Positions 17,818 to 27,743 of a stretch of 64,000 bases of DNA are shown here, piece by piece. The stretch spans positions 21,366 through 85,365 of the forward strand of contig JAPPMC010000172.1 in the NCBI GenBank assembly GCA_028819235.1, written 5' to 3'. Numbering within the stretch: the stretch's first letter is position 1; each line of letters starts with the position of its first letter. Origin of the DNA: Bryobacterales bacterium. GTDB taxonomy: Bacteria; Acidobacteriota; Terriglobia; Bryobacterales; UBA6623. Below the pieces are notes generated by a model that worked only from the letters and a program-made list of their open reading frames with translations, had not been told where the DNA came from and did no database searches. A program made the position numbers and the translations under genes.

Positions 17818-18949
17818 CCTGATTCCCTCCGGGTCCCGCCCGATTGCGACAACGTTTGAGTATGCCACGCTACGGAGGCGTGCCAACACTGGAACAGGTC
17901 CCACCCTGAACTCTTCGTAACGCTTGGCCTGAGTTGACTCTTGACGGGGCAGGTCATGTGCTCGGAATCGTCGGTACGCGGCCGTGCTCACGCCAAACGG
18001 CGATACGGGCGACTGCTGGAGTGCGTCTAGTTGAGGGTTCGATGGGAAGTGAGCCTGTTCGGTGGTGCACGATCACGGTGGGGGAGCGTGCCGTCCACTG
18101 TGGCGGGAGTGCTCCGGTCCGCTCGGGACCGTCACGGACCAAGACGGTCGGGAGGTGCCGGACCGCCCGCCCGCGCATGCCCACCCCGTTGTCGGCTGGG
18201 CCCGACATCGCCCATAGGCAGGCTAGCAGTCACGAGTGCGCCACTTACTCGTGGTCCAGCATTACGTGGGGCTGAGTACAGGCCCGCCAAAAGAACGTGG
18301 GTGTCCGGATCCGGGCGTCGCGTTGATCGCTGCCACCCGGCCATGTTTCCCAGCAGCACCACCCAAGACCTGGAGTCCGGCGGTCGCCGACGCCGACGTT
18401 TCATGGGCCGCGTCAACCGCATGACGTGCACCACCGTCCAGATTACCCTCCGATCGTCGCTGGAGAGGACCGTCCGCCACCACCACTAGCCCTCCTAGGC
18501 GAAACCGGTCCAGCTCGAGACCTTGCCGCAATCCCCAGAACCAGCGCCGACTCTCCTTCTCGCCTTCGTCCCACGGCTCTTCCAATGGCCGCGCCCACAC
18601 CTCCGATCCACTCACCCCCGCGGGCCGCCGCCCCCGCGTGAATAGGGGCAATCGCCGTATTGACGAAGATCCCCCACGCACTTCTGGCGCGATCCCTGAG
18701 GCGCCCCAGCCTGCTGGCGCACCTACGTGGACTCGTTAGAGTCCAGCGACCGCATCCGCCATTGGCCAACGCATCTAGCGGCCCCTGGCCATGTCGTAGC
18801 CATCCCCGGGGCGGCTCGGCTTGATCCTGTCGGAGATTTTGCCAAGTGTCCAAGCCCGGATTGCAGGCCTGCCACGGCAGCGCTCGCGGAGGCTCGGCGT
18901 CACACTGCGTGCCAGCCTGCGTAAGATGACTACATCGGAGGAGAACTTG

Positions 18950-20176
18950 ATGCCTGACATCCGATTGACCAGAAGCCAACTGGCATGGGTCTTCTGTGGC
19001 TTAGCGATAGCTGCCCTGATAGCCACCACGGCGACCTCGCAGCGTAGGGAGGGCGGTGGCCGGTTCGCTGCGCTAGAGCGAGAGGCGATCGCGGAGCCAT
19101 TCGTCGGGGTGACGCCACAAGGGACTGTGGAGCTAGGGCTGTTCTCGGTCGAATCGACGGGCGTCTCGACCGCTCCCGTTCTGCGGGCAGCTCGCGTATT
19201 CCTAAGTGCACTTGGCTCAGCGCAGAGGGGGCGGGCCAGTTTCGCGGTGGACGATCCAGAGTGGCGCCGTTGGGCCAACCAGCACAGCCTAGTTCGGCAA
19301 GGAGTCTCATTCGAGGAAATGGACGCCGATCAACGCGAAGCGGCCTTCGACCTGATGCGCGCGGGCCTCAGCGCGAAAGGCTTCCGGCGCAGCCGGGACA
19401 TCATGCGACTGAACCACACCTTGGCAGAGATCACCTCGAACTTTGACGAATTAGGCGAATGGCTCTACTACTTCACGGTCATGGGGGAACCGTCCGAGGA
19501 CCAGCCGTGGGGGTGGCAGCTGGACGGACACCACCTGATCGTCAACTACTTCGTGCTGGGTGACCAAGTCGTCATGACACCTACCTTCATGGGTTCCGAG
19601 CCGGTGACGGCCGAATCAGGAAAGTACGAGGGAGTGTCGGTCATGCAGGACGAACGGCGAAGGGGCCTCGATCTGATGGATGCGCTGGATGAGGCCCAGA
19701 GGGACAAGGCGGTCCTTTCGTCAGGAAAGACAGGCAATAGCGTCATGGCGGAAGCCTTCCGGGACAACGTGGTCCTTGACTACGCAGGCCTCGCCGTCAG
19801 CGACATGGACGATTCCCAGCGAAGACTCCTGCTCGCTCTGGTCGCAGAATTCGTCGGCAACATGGCTGACGCGCATGCCGCCGTGAGGATGGCCGAGGTC
19901 GAACGGCACCTTGACCGCACCTATTTTGCGTGGATCGGTGGCCATGGCCATGACAGCGCGTTCTATTTCCGCATCCACAGCCCGGTCATTCTGATCGAAT
20001 TCGACCACCAACGTCCGGTGTTCCTGAGAGACCTGCCGCGCGCGCCCAGTCTGCAGCACGTCCACTCGATCACGCGTACGCCTAACGGCAACGACTACGG
20101 CAAAGACCTCTTGCGACAGCACTACGAGCGCAGCCACCGGGCCGATCTGCCGGGGACGGGCAACGACCCCGCGTGA
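18950..20176 (+). CDS. DUF3500 domain protein
   Basis: Characteristic DUF3500 blocks are present (DQPWGWQLDGHHLIVNYFVLGDQVVMTPTFMGSEP; FYFRIHSPVILIEFDHQ). Start chosen at the ATG at 18950, preceded by GGAGGAG (7-nt spacer). An N-terminal TM/signal WVFCGLAIAALIATTA follows. Confidence 0.85.
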   Translation: MPDIRLTRSQLAWVFCGLAIAALIATTATSQRREGGGRFAALEREAIAEPFVGVTPQGTVELGLFSVESTGVSTAPVLRAARVFLSALGSAQRGRASFAVDDPEWRRWANQHSLVRQGVSFEEMDADQREAAFDLMRAGLSAKGFRRSRDIMRLNHTLAEITSNFDELGEWLYYFTVMGEPSEDQPWGWQLDGHHLIVNYFVLGDQVVMTPTFMGSEPVTAESGKYEGVSVMQDERRRGLDLMDALDEAQRDKAVLSSGKTGNSVMAEAFRDNVVLDYAGLAVSDMDDSQRRLLLALVAEFVGNMADAHAAVRMAEVERHLDRTYFAWIGGHGHDSAFYFRIHSPVILIEFDHQRPVFLRDLPRAPSLQHVHSITRTPNGNDYGKDLLRQHYERSHRADLPGTGNDPA

Positions 20177-20198
20177 GAAGGCCGCTCGCAACGCCCGC

Positions 20199-21338
20199 CT
20201 AGGTTGCACCCGCGCGACCGCTAGGACGTCCGACGGCCGGGCGATCCAGGGATATCCCTTTCACGAGGGCGTACACGAGCCGACCCCGTCCCAGGTCAAG
20301 TTCGTTCATGGCATCGCGGGTGATCCGGGCCCTCAAGCGTCCTCCGCCGACGTCCACGAGGACGTCCGCGAACGCGGACCGCCGATGCTCGACTGTCTCG
20401 ACCACCCTACCTCGCAAGACGTTCCGAAAGCTCAGCAATGCGGGCTTCTTGGTCGCGAGCGCGACATCGCGGGCACGGACGCGCAATCGGGCCACATCTC
20501 CGACTTGGAGCGCGGCACGCGGCACGACAATCTGTTTTCCGTGGTGATCCAGCCGGGTCAGATGCAACTCGTCATCGTGGCTGGCCACGGTGACGTCCAG
20601 TACGACGCCGGCCTCGGAGTCGTCTTCGGAACGGTCTAGGCCCAGCCGCTCCAAGACCTCGGCGACCGGCCCATGCCCCACCGAGCGGCCGTCCTCCATT
20701 ACGATCATCGAGTCGGCCAATCTAGCGACCTCGCGGAGGTCGTGGCTCACATACAACACCGGAACAGAGAGGCTCCGGTGGAGCATCTCGACGTACGGCA
20801 GGATTTCTTCCTTTGCGCGTGCGTCAAGCCCCGCGAGCGGCTCGTCCATCAGCAGCAGCTCGGGCTGGGCCAGCAAAGCACGGCCAACGGCGACTCGCTG
20901 ACGCTCTCCGCCGGATAGGTTTGCCGGGTCGCGCTGCAACAGGGTGTTAAGGCCCATCAAGTCGACCACGTCTTCAAACTCTAGGGTCGCCCGTTGCCCC
21001 TTCCGAACCGACCTATTCCATCCGTAGAGCAGGTTGCCGCGAACTGACAAGTGAGGGAACAGGCTGGGCTCTTGGAAGACATACCCCACTGATCGCTCGT
21101 GCGGTCGCCGGAACACGCCTCCAGCGTCGTCTTGCCACACGTCTCCGGCTACGCTGAAGTTCCCGTTCATGTGCCGGAGGCCTGCGGCGCAACGCAATAC
21201 CGTGGTCTTGCCGCACCCCGAAGGCCCGAAGATCGCAGTGATGCCCTGCGCCGGGACGTCGATGGCGAAGTCCAGGTCCAGCGTCCCGACGTCCCCTCGG
21301 AATCGACCTTGGACACGCGACACGGAAGTGCCAGTCAC
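20199..21338 (-). CDS. modC: Molybdate ABC transporter ATP-binding protein
   Basis: Walker [10 protein letters not shown], signature [15 protein letters not shown] and Walker [14 protein letters not shown]-terminal Mop/TOBE-like domain (NVLRGRVV...[15 protein letters not shown]). Start set at a GTG overlapping the modB stop (GTGA at 21335-21338); the track start at 21437 would overlap modB by about 100 nt. Confidence 0.9.
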   Translation of the reverse strand: MTGTSVSRVQGRFRGDVGTLDLDFAIDVPAQGITAIFGPSGCGKTTVLRCAAGLRHMNGNFSVAGDVWQDDAGGVFRRPHERSVGYVFQEPSLFPHLSVRGNLLYGWNRSVRKGQRATLEFEDVVDLMGLNTLLQRDPANLSGGERQRVAVGRALLAQPELLLMDEPLAGLDARAKEEILPYVEMLHRSLSVPVLYVSHDLREVARLADSMIVMEDGRSVGHGPVAEVLERLGLDRSEDDSEAGVVLDVTVASHDDELHLTRLDHHGKQIVVPRAALQVGDVARLRVRARDVALATKKPALLSFRNVLRGRVVETVEHRRSAFADVLVDVGGGRLRARITRDAMNELDLGRGRLVYALVKGISLDRPAVGRPSGRAGAT

Positions 21339-22024
21339 GCGCGCCTCCCAGTCCGCTTCTGTAAGAGGAGCATCGACAGGATGACTGCGAACGAGAACGC
21401 CAGCATCCCGCCCGACAGCCAGTGCGCTTGGCGCCACTGCAGCGTCTCGACCAGTTCGTAGACCGCAATCGACAGCACCTTGGTCTCACCGGGAATGTTC
21501 CCACCGATCATTAGGACGACGCCGAACTCTCCGATCGTGTGCGCGAATCCCAGAACAGTGGCGGTCACTAGGCCCGGGCGGGCAAGTGGAACTGCCACTG
21601 ACCAGAATGAATCCCACGGCCTCGCCCCAAGGGTGGCCGCAACCTCCAGCGGGCGGTCTCCCATCGCCTCGAAGGCGTTCCGGATTGGCTGCACGACAAA
21701 CGGAAGCGAGTAGATCACCGAGCCTAAGACGATGCCCTCGAAAGAGAAGGCCAGTGTGCGCGCACCAGCCAATCCTGCGAACCAGCCTCCGGGACCGTCG
21801 CGACCGAGGAAGAGCAGCAGATAGAACCCGAGCACTGTGGGCGGCATAACCAAGGGCAGAGCGACGATAGACGCCGCGACTTCCTTCCACCAAACACGAG
21901 TGCGGCACAGCCACCAGCCAAGTGGAGTTCCCACGAGCAGCAGTATGGCCGTCGAGCACGCGGCAAGTTCGAGGGTCAGCCAGATGGCCGACCACAGCGA
22001 GGCTGCATCAGCCACTGAGGTCAC
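21335..22024 (-). CDS. modB: Molybdate ABC transporter permease
   Basis: 229-aa polytopic membrane protein with the ModB/CysTW-type EAA loop region ([34 protein letters not shown]). Its start overlaps the modA stop by 4 nt. Confidence 0.9.
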   Translation of the reverse strand: MTSVADAASLWSAIWLTLELAACSTAILLLVGTPLGWWLCRTRVWWKEVAASIVALPLVMPPTVLGFYLLLFLGRDGPGGWFAGLAGARTLAFSFEGIVLGSVIYSLPFVVQPIRNAFEAMGDRPLEVAATLGARPWDSFWSVAVPLARPGLVTATVLGFAHTIGEFGVVLMIGGNIPGETKVLSIAVYELVETLQWRQAHWLSGGMLAFSFAVILSMLLLQKRTGRRA

Positions 22025-22821
22025 TGCGGCAGACCGTAACCGTACTGAACCAGGATTGGCGTGGCATCCGAGCTGCCTAGGAAGGAAAGGAATGCCCGCG
22101 CCGCTTCGCTGTGCGCGCCGCGCTCGAGCAGTACAGCATCCTGACGAATCGGCAGGTGCAGTCTCTCGGGCACCAACCAGTACTCCCCAATGGTCGAAGT
22201 GCGAACTTGTGCCAAGGAGACGAAGCCTAGATCGGCGTTCCCGCTGTGAACGAACTGGTAGGCCTGGGCCACGCTCTGTCCGCTAACAATGCGACTGGCC
22301 AGGGTCTCAAGCACTCCAAGTGCCTCCATCGCCTCGACTGCGGCCTTGCCGTATGGCGCCGTGCGCGGCTGCGCGATCGCCAGCCTCCCGAAACGGGCCT
22401 TCCGGAGCACTTGCGGACCAGTGGTCAATGACGGGTCCAAGCTGAAGAGTGCGATCCGTCCGATGGCGTAGGTGAATCGCGTGCCTGTTACTGCCTCCCC
22501 TGCTTGGAGCACCTCCGACACCCGATAGCTGTCCGCGGATAGGAAGATGTCAAACGGCGCACCCTGGACGATCTGGGCGAACAGCTGACCGCTCGATCCA
22601 TAGCTGAAGACCGCTGTATGGCCGGTTTGGTCCTCGAATTCCTCCCCTATCTCGGCGGCCGCTTCGCGAAAATTCGCAGCCACGGCGACCGCCACTTCGC
22701 CAGCGCGAAGAGGAGCTGATGCCAACGCGACGGCCAGCAACAAGCGGACACATGTGCGCTGGAACGTCGGAGTGAGCAACGCACTCTCACGCCGCATCGC
22801 GCAGGACAACAGCGATCGCAA
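22021..22821 (-). CDS. modA: Molybdate ABC transporter substrate-binding protein
   Basis: Signal peptide followed by ModA family blocks ([61 protein letters not shown]). It is the first gene of modABC. Confidence 0.9.
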   Translation of the reverse strand: MRSLLSCAMRRESALLTPTFQRTCVRLLLAVALASAPLRAGEVAVAVAANFREAAAEIGEEFEDQTGHTAVFSYGSSGQLFAQIVQGAPFDIFLSADSYRVSEVLQAGEAVTGTRFTYAIGRIALFSLDPSLTTGPQVLRKARFGRLAIAQPRTAPYGKAAVEAMEALGVLETLASRIVSGQSVAQAYQFVHSGNADLGFVSLAQVRTSTIGEYWLVPERLHLPIRQDAVLLERGAHSEAARAFLSFLGSSDATPILVQYGYGLPQ

Positions 22822-23317
22822 GAATCCAGTCTAGCGCCGGATTCAGACGGGCTCGAGCCGGATGAGCGCGGGCCACCGTAGGTCGCCACGCGGTCATCAA
22901 GACGCGCTACGACCCAGACCTCGGGAGGAGATCGGCGATGATTCCTGTAAGAAGCTAGGTCGTAGTTTCAAGCACGGGCGGCCAGATCGGTACGACCAAC
23001 CGTGAGCGCTCCGCCCGCCCTACGGCCTTCCATCGGGCCCTGCTGCTGCCTCGTCTTTGAGCCAACCTCGCCGGACCAGTGCGCTACGTGCTCGACCAAC
23101 GGTTTGTGCGAGTGCCTGATCGGATTCTGATGCTTTGGCCACCCTGCCGCTCAGCCACCAGAACGTAGGACTGCGAAGCGTGTCCTCATGCATAATCGAT
23201 CAATCGGAGGCAGCAGGTACCCAATCGCCAGCCTAGGCGATCCTTGAATCTCCCACGCATGGACGTTGTGATGGGTTCTCGCGCCGTCATGGTCACCGGG
23301 CCGCGCCAAGGCCGAGA

Positions 23318-25153
23318 TTGGCGATTGGCCAATTCCGGGATACTCTTTCCATGAAGTCGACGGCAGGATGCCCTTGGGTGGAGGCCCAGTGGGACCGCCC
23401 ATCGCACGGATATGGAGAGGGGGAGCCCACGTTGCCCCACCGTCCAGACCGACCTTGGTCTAGCCATCGGCGACGCGCCGCAAGTCTCTCGCGAGTGACC
23501 CTAGGCCTGGCACTGGGAGCGACACTTGTCACGCTATCGCCGACTGGCGCAGAGATTCGGTTTCTGGATGTCACCGCCGAGTCTGGCGTGACGTTCCGTC
23601 ACGATCCATCCAAGACTTCGAGCAAGCACCTCATCGAGGCAATGGGCTCCGGAGTGGCGATGCTCGATTTCGATCGAGACGGGCACCTCGATCTGTACTT
23701 CGTCAACGGTGCCGCAAAGGAGGGAGTCGCTCGTGGCGTGCCACTCTCGAAAGAACACCCCCGCTACTGGAATCGCCTATACAGAAACTCTGGAAACGGC
23801 CACTTCTGCGACGTGACGCTCGAAGCCGGTGTCGCAGGCAGCGGCTACGGCATGGGCGTGGCGACGGCAGACTACGACGGTGACGGCGACACGGACATCT
23901 TTGTGAGCAACTTCGGGCCGGACCTGCTGTTCCGCAACGAGGGCGACGGAACGTTCTTGGAAGTCGCAGAGTCCGCAGGAATCCTTGGGCCCGGGTGGTC
24001 CAGCGGCGCCGCCTTCTTCGACTTCAACGGTGACGGCCACCTTGACCTTATCGTGGCGGGCTACCTAGCTTGGGACTTCGAGCTCAGCCGCCCCTGTGGG
24101 GAATCGCTACCCGAGCGTCGGTCCTACTGCCACCCGCGGCTGTTTCGCCCGGCACCCCACACTCTCTACCAGAACCTCGGGACCGGCCGGTTTGAGGACG
24201 TCACCGCCAAGAGCGGCATCGCGGAACAACCAGGGAAGGGCCTCGGAGTGGCGATCAACGACTCCAATGCCGACGGCCTTCCAGACATCTTCATCGCAAA
24301 CGACTCCTTTCCCCAGCAATTGTTCGTCAATGCTGGAGGAGGACGCTTTCGGGAATCCGGGCTGATCGCGGGGGTCGCGTACGACCGCGAAGGTCGCGAC
24401 TTTGCCGGCATGGGGGTGGTTTGGGAAGACTATAACGGTGACCGATTGCCTGATCTGCTGGTCAACGCTCTGGGCCGGCAAGGGTATTGGCTCTTCCAGA
24501 ACACTGGCATGGAGTATCGAACTGCTTCCGGAGAGAGCGGCCTGCTGTCGTTGTCTGAGCTGCGATCCGGATGGGGCATGGGACTGGAGGACTTCGACAA
24601 CGACGGTTGGCGGGACTTGATCGTCGGTCAAGGCCACGTCATGGACGACATCTCTCTGAGCGACGATGCTCTCGCTCACAAGGAGCCGGTCCTGCTGGCT
24701 CGGAATCTCCACGGCCAGTTCTTCGACGTGTCGCAGCGCGCCGGGCCCGCCTTCCTAAACCGCTGGGCGGCGCGCGGCGTCGCCATTGGTGACGTGGACG
24801 GAGACGGTCGGGTCGATGCAGCCATCAGCGTGAACGACGGTCCAGCCGTCGTGCTCCGCAACCAGTCCAGCGAGGCGGCCTGGCTCTCGGTGTCCTTGAG
24901 GGGACGGGCCCCGAACAGGGATGCGATTGGAGCAAGGGTCTGCGTAATCCCCGAGAACGGGCGGGCGCAGTGCGCATTTCGAGGCACTGCCGGAAGCTAC
25001 TTGTCCGCATCGTCAGTCCCGCTGCACTTTGGACTCGGCGCGACTTCGAGGCTGGCCAAGGTCGCGGTCGACTGGCCGGACGGAACGCGCCAAGAAGTGC
25101 CCACTCCACCGTTTGGTCGGCTGAGTATCCGCCAAGACGGCCCGACTGAATAA
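23318..25153 (+). CDS. CRTAC1 family protein (FG-GAP/VCBS repeats + ASPIC/UnbV C-terminal domain)
   Basis: Repeated FG-GAP-like units (DFDRDGHLDLYFVNG, DYDGDGDTDIFVSNF, DFNGDGHLDLIVAGY, DSNADGLPDIFIAND, DFDNDGWRDLIVGQG, DVDGDGRVDAAISVN). UnbV_ASPIC tail (RDAIGARVCVIPENGRAQ...PLHFGLG). The true start is uncertain; in-frame TTG/GTG candidates near 23440-23495 precede the HRRRAASLSRVTLGLALGA signal-like segment. Confidence 0.85.
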   Translation: MAIGQFRDTLSMKSTAGCPWVEAQWDRPSHGYGEGEPTLPHRPDRPWSSHRRRAASLSRVTLGLALGATLVTLSPTGAEIRFLDVTAESGVTFRHDPSKTSSKHLIEAMGSGVAMLDFDRDGHLDLYFVNGAAKEGVARGVPLSKEHPRYWNRLYRNSGNGHFCDVTLEAGVAGSGYGMGVATADYDGDGDTDIFVSNFGPDLLFRNEGDGTFLEVAESAGILGPGWSSGAAFFDFNGDGHLDLIVAGYLAWDFELSRPCGESLPERRSYCHPRLFRPAPHTLYQNLGTGRFEDVTAKSGIAEQPGKGLGVAINDSNADGLPDIFIANDSFPQQLFVNAGGGRFRESGLIAGVAYDREGRDFAGMGVVWEDYNGDRLPDLLVNALGRQGYWLFQNTGMEYRTASGESGLLSLSELRSGWGMGLEDFDNDGWRDLIVGQGHVMDDISLSDDALAHKEPVLLARNLHGQFFDVSQRAGPAFLNRWAARGVAIGDVDGDGRVDAAISVNDGPAVVLRNQSSEAAWLSVSLRGRAPNRDAIGARVCVIPENGRAQCAFRGTAGSYLSASSVPLHFGLGATSRLAKVAVDWPDGTRQEVPTPPFGRLSIRQDGPTE

Positions 25154-25219
25154 GAGCCGTACTGAACCTGATACCCGTCGGCTGTCGCACGGCGATGCGC
25201 GAGCCGGTACGGGCCTCGT

Positions 25220-26614
25220 TCACTCCCTGTCCGGGACTCGCCACCAGCCCTGAATCTCCGCCCTGAGCTCCGAGACGAGCTCGGGATGCTCAGAGGACAG
25301 GTCCCGAGTCTCGAATGGATCGCTGAGGACGTTGTACAGCTCTGGTTCAAACCGCATCCATTCGGCGATCGCCCCCCGGATCATGAGAGTCACATCCCTA
25401 TTCGGCAGGTGGGGAAGAACCAGCTTCCAGCCATCCTCGCGAACGACGGTGCGGTACTTGAGATTCGCCTCCGGACGGTCGACATCCACGGCAGTGTGCG
25501 CGAACGTCGCGCCGAACACCGAGGTCCGCCCGGCCAGCCCTGCTTTGTCGCGCAGGTCTACGCCGGGGAGCCCTTCCGGGCGCGCAATTCCAGCGATCCC
25601 AAGGATCGTAGGGACGATGTCAACGCTGCTCACCAGCGTCGTCTCGTCGCGACGGGGATCCACGTGCCCGGGCCAGTGCACCATCACTGGCGTTCGGACC
25701 CCCATGTCGTAGGGGGACATCTTGGCGCGCGACCTCTGCTGGGCTTCGTTGGACTCTTCGGCGATCCAGCCATTGTCGGCCACGTACAGCACTGCCGTGT
25801 TGTCGGCCAGTCCTCTCTCGTCCAAGAACTGGAGAAGCTCGCCTACGGTTTCGTCAAGCCACTCCACCATCGCGAGATAGCGGGCCACGCGCTCGTGGCG
25901 ATCACCGTGCAGGTACTTCGAGAGCAATCGGTCCGGTGGATCATGCGGTGTGTGTGGCAAGAATGGCGCGTACCAGATGAAGAAAGGAGCGCGCTGGCCT
26001 TCGGGGCCCTGCAGGCCGCGCATGAAGTCAAAGATCGGCTCCAAGCCTTCGCGCCCGATCCGAAGTCCCTCGTCACCGTGGCGTCCCCGGCGTGTCACGT
26101 CGCCGTGCGTCATTGCCGCCGCGAACCCGTGGTCCAGTGGATTGCCTTCCCACCACTTGCCTGACTGATGGCCGGAATACCCTGACCGGGCCAGCAATTC
26201 CGTGACGTTCTCGTTTCGCGCGAAGACCCGCTCCATGGTTGCGCGGTTGGCAGGATCCCACGCGTCCCGAGGCCAGGCACCCGGAGGATCGTTCCCGGTG
26301 ATCCCGTGCTGGTGCGGATACAGGCCCGTCGCAAGTGTCGCAAGGCTTGGCCGACACACGGGCGAAGGCAAGTACCCCCTCGTAAACACCAGCGACCGCG
26401 AAGCCAAACGGTCCAAGTGGGGCGTACGAGCGACGTCGCTCCCCATGAAGCCGTAGTCCGGCCATCCGTGGTCGTCTGAGATGATCAGGACGATGTTGGG
26501 GGGCTGACCTGATGCGTCGGCCGCCAGCCCGAGGCCGGCGACTCCTGAGAGAGCCAGTGTGGCGAGAGCCCGGGGGAACGCTCCGGGAAGCCCGCCGGGA
26601 AACCACACCCGCAC
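25220..26614 (-). CDS. Type I sulfatase family protein with non-canonical CRPSL active-site motif
   Basis: Signal peptide. Sulfatase blocks NIVLIISDDHGWPDYGFMG and PVCRPSLATLATGLYPHQHG, plus later metal/active-site blocks (WYAPFLPHTP, LYVADNGW). See the finding on the motif. Confidence 0.9.
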   Translation of the reverse strand: MRVWFPGGLPGAFPRALATLALSGVAGLGLAADASGQPPNIVLIISDDHGWPDYGFMGSDVARTPHLDRLASRSLVFTRGYLPSPVCRPSLATLATGLYPHQHGITGNDPPGAWPRDAWDPANRATMERVFARNENVTELLARSGYSGHQSGKWWEGNPLDHGFAAAMTHGDVTRRGRHGDEGLRIGREGLEPIFDFMRGLQGPEGQRAPFFIWYAPFLPHTPHDPPDRLLSKYLHGDRHERVARYLAMVEWLDETVGELLQFLDERGLADNTAVLYVADNGWIAEESNEAQQRSRAKMSPYDMGVRTPVMVHWPGHVDPRRDETTLVSSVDIVPTILGIAGIARPEGLPGVDLRDKAGLAGRTSVFGATFAHTAVDVDRPEANLKYRTVVREDGWKLVLPHLPNRDVTLMIRGAIAEWMRFEPELYNVLSDPFETRDLSSEHPELVSELRAEIQGWWRVPDRE

Positions 26615-26618
26615 TTGG

Positions 26619-27626
26619 TCAGTACCCCTTCCGCTTGTCGACGATGTTGTACAGGCGTTGCCCTTCGGCGAACCGCTTGATATTCGACTTAACGATCCCC
26701 AGCATGCGTCCGCGGTCCATGTCCGACCGTCCCGCGATGTGCGGGGTGATTATGACGTTGTCCATGCTCCAAAGCGCGTGGCCCTTGGGAAGGGGCTCTG
26801 GGTCCGTCACGTCGACCCCTGCCCCAGCGAGCCGCTGCGAGTCCAGCGCCTTCACCAATGAGTCCAGATCGTAGGTTCCGCCGCGGCTGACGGCGATGAA
26901 GTACGAGCCCTGCTTCATTCGTTCAAACTGGTCCGGTCCGATCATCCTGTGGCTGGCGGGTGTGTGAGGCGCAGCCATGAAGAGCACATCCGCATCCCCG
27001 ATCACGCTGTCGAGCATGTCCGGCTTGACGACTTCTTCAACGTACGGTGCGTAGGGGATGTCCTCGGGGTCGACGCCGACGACCTTCATGCCGTGTGCCC
27101 AAGCCCGGATGGCGATCTGCATGCCGATGCCGCCCATGCCGATCACCAGCGCATTCTTGCCATTGAGTTCCACCAGCGTGTACGGTCGGCCCTGCCAGTT
27201 CTCGTCGGCCTGCCTCTTTAGGTACGTAGGCAGGAAGCGCGTGTGCGCCAGCAGCAGCGCCATCGCATGGTCGGCAATCTCCGGACCCTGGACTATCTGG
27301 TTGTTGGTCAGGACTATATCGCTGTTCGCCAGTGCATCCGAGCCCGACTTGTGCAGGACCTGCTCCACACCCGCACTCAGTGTCTGTACCCAACGCAGCT
27401 TCTTGCCGGCCTGGACCAGCTCCGGCGAGATGTTGCCGATGTATGCGTCCGCATCGGCGATCTCGCCCATGGCCGTGTCGGACGAAACCCTGACTAGCTT
27501 GACCTTGTCGGAGGCCGACTGCCAGTCGGCGATTGTCTCCTCGTTCTGGCCAGCGACCAGAATTTTGAGCTGCTGTGCTCCGCACAGCGATACCGAAAGC
27601 GCAACGAGCGCCAGAAAACGGACCAT
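26619..27626 (-). CDS. D-isomer-specific 2-hydroxyacid dehydrogenase family protein with N-terminal signal-like segment
   Basis: NAD-binding GxGxxG (LVIGMGGIGMQIAIRAWAHGMKVVGVD). Catalytic blocks (FIAVSRGGTYD, AGAGVDVTDPEPLP, NVIITPHIAG). Start chosen at MVRFLALVALSVSLCGAQQ. Its stop lies 4 nt upstream of the sulfatase start. Confidence 0.85.
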   Translation of the reverse strand: MVRFLALVALSVSLCGAQQLKILVAGQNEETIADWQSASDKVKLVRVSSDTAMGEIADADAYIGNISPELVQAGKKLRWVQTLSAGVEQVLHKSGSDALANSDIVLTNNQIVQGPEIADHAMALLLAHTRFLPTYLKRQADENWQGRPYTLVELNGKNALVIGMGGIGMQIAIRAWAHGMKVVGVDPEDIPYAPYVEEVVKPDMLDSVIGDADVLFMAAPHTPASHRMIGPDQFERMKQGSYFIAVSRGGTYDLDSLVKALDSQRLAGAGVDVTDPEPLPKGHALWSMDNVIITPHIAGRSDMDRGRMLGIVKSNIKRFAEGQRLYNIVDKRKGY

Positions 27627-27743
27627 GACTGTTCCTCCCTGGGACCTGATTGTACTGAAACCCCCGCTGCGATCCGGAGCCTCTGCAAGGGGAGACGAAG
27701 CCTCCACTGGAGCGGCGTCGGCCAGTCTGACCCCGCCCGACCT

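Noticed and set aside
22822-23317. A possible Moco (molybdenum cofactor) riboswitch or ModE operator in the ~0.5-kb leader upstream of modA. It contains CUCCUCCCGAGG and GGCUCGAGCC strings on the transcribed strand.
   Set aside because: I cannot fold or score the motif by eye and the resemblance is anecdotal. It needs an Infernal search with the Rfam Moco_RNA_motif model. A hit above the gathering threshold would support it; no hit would refute it.
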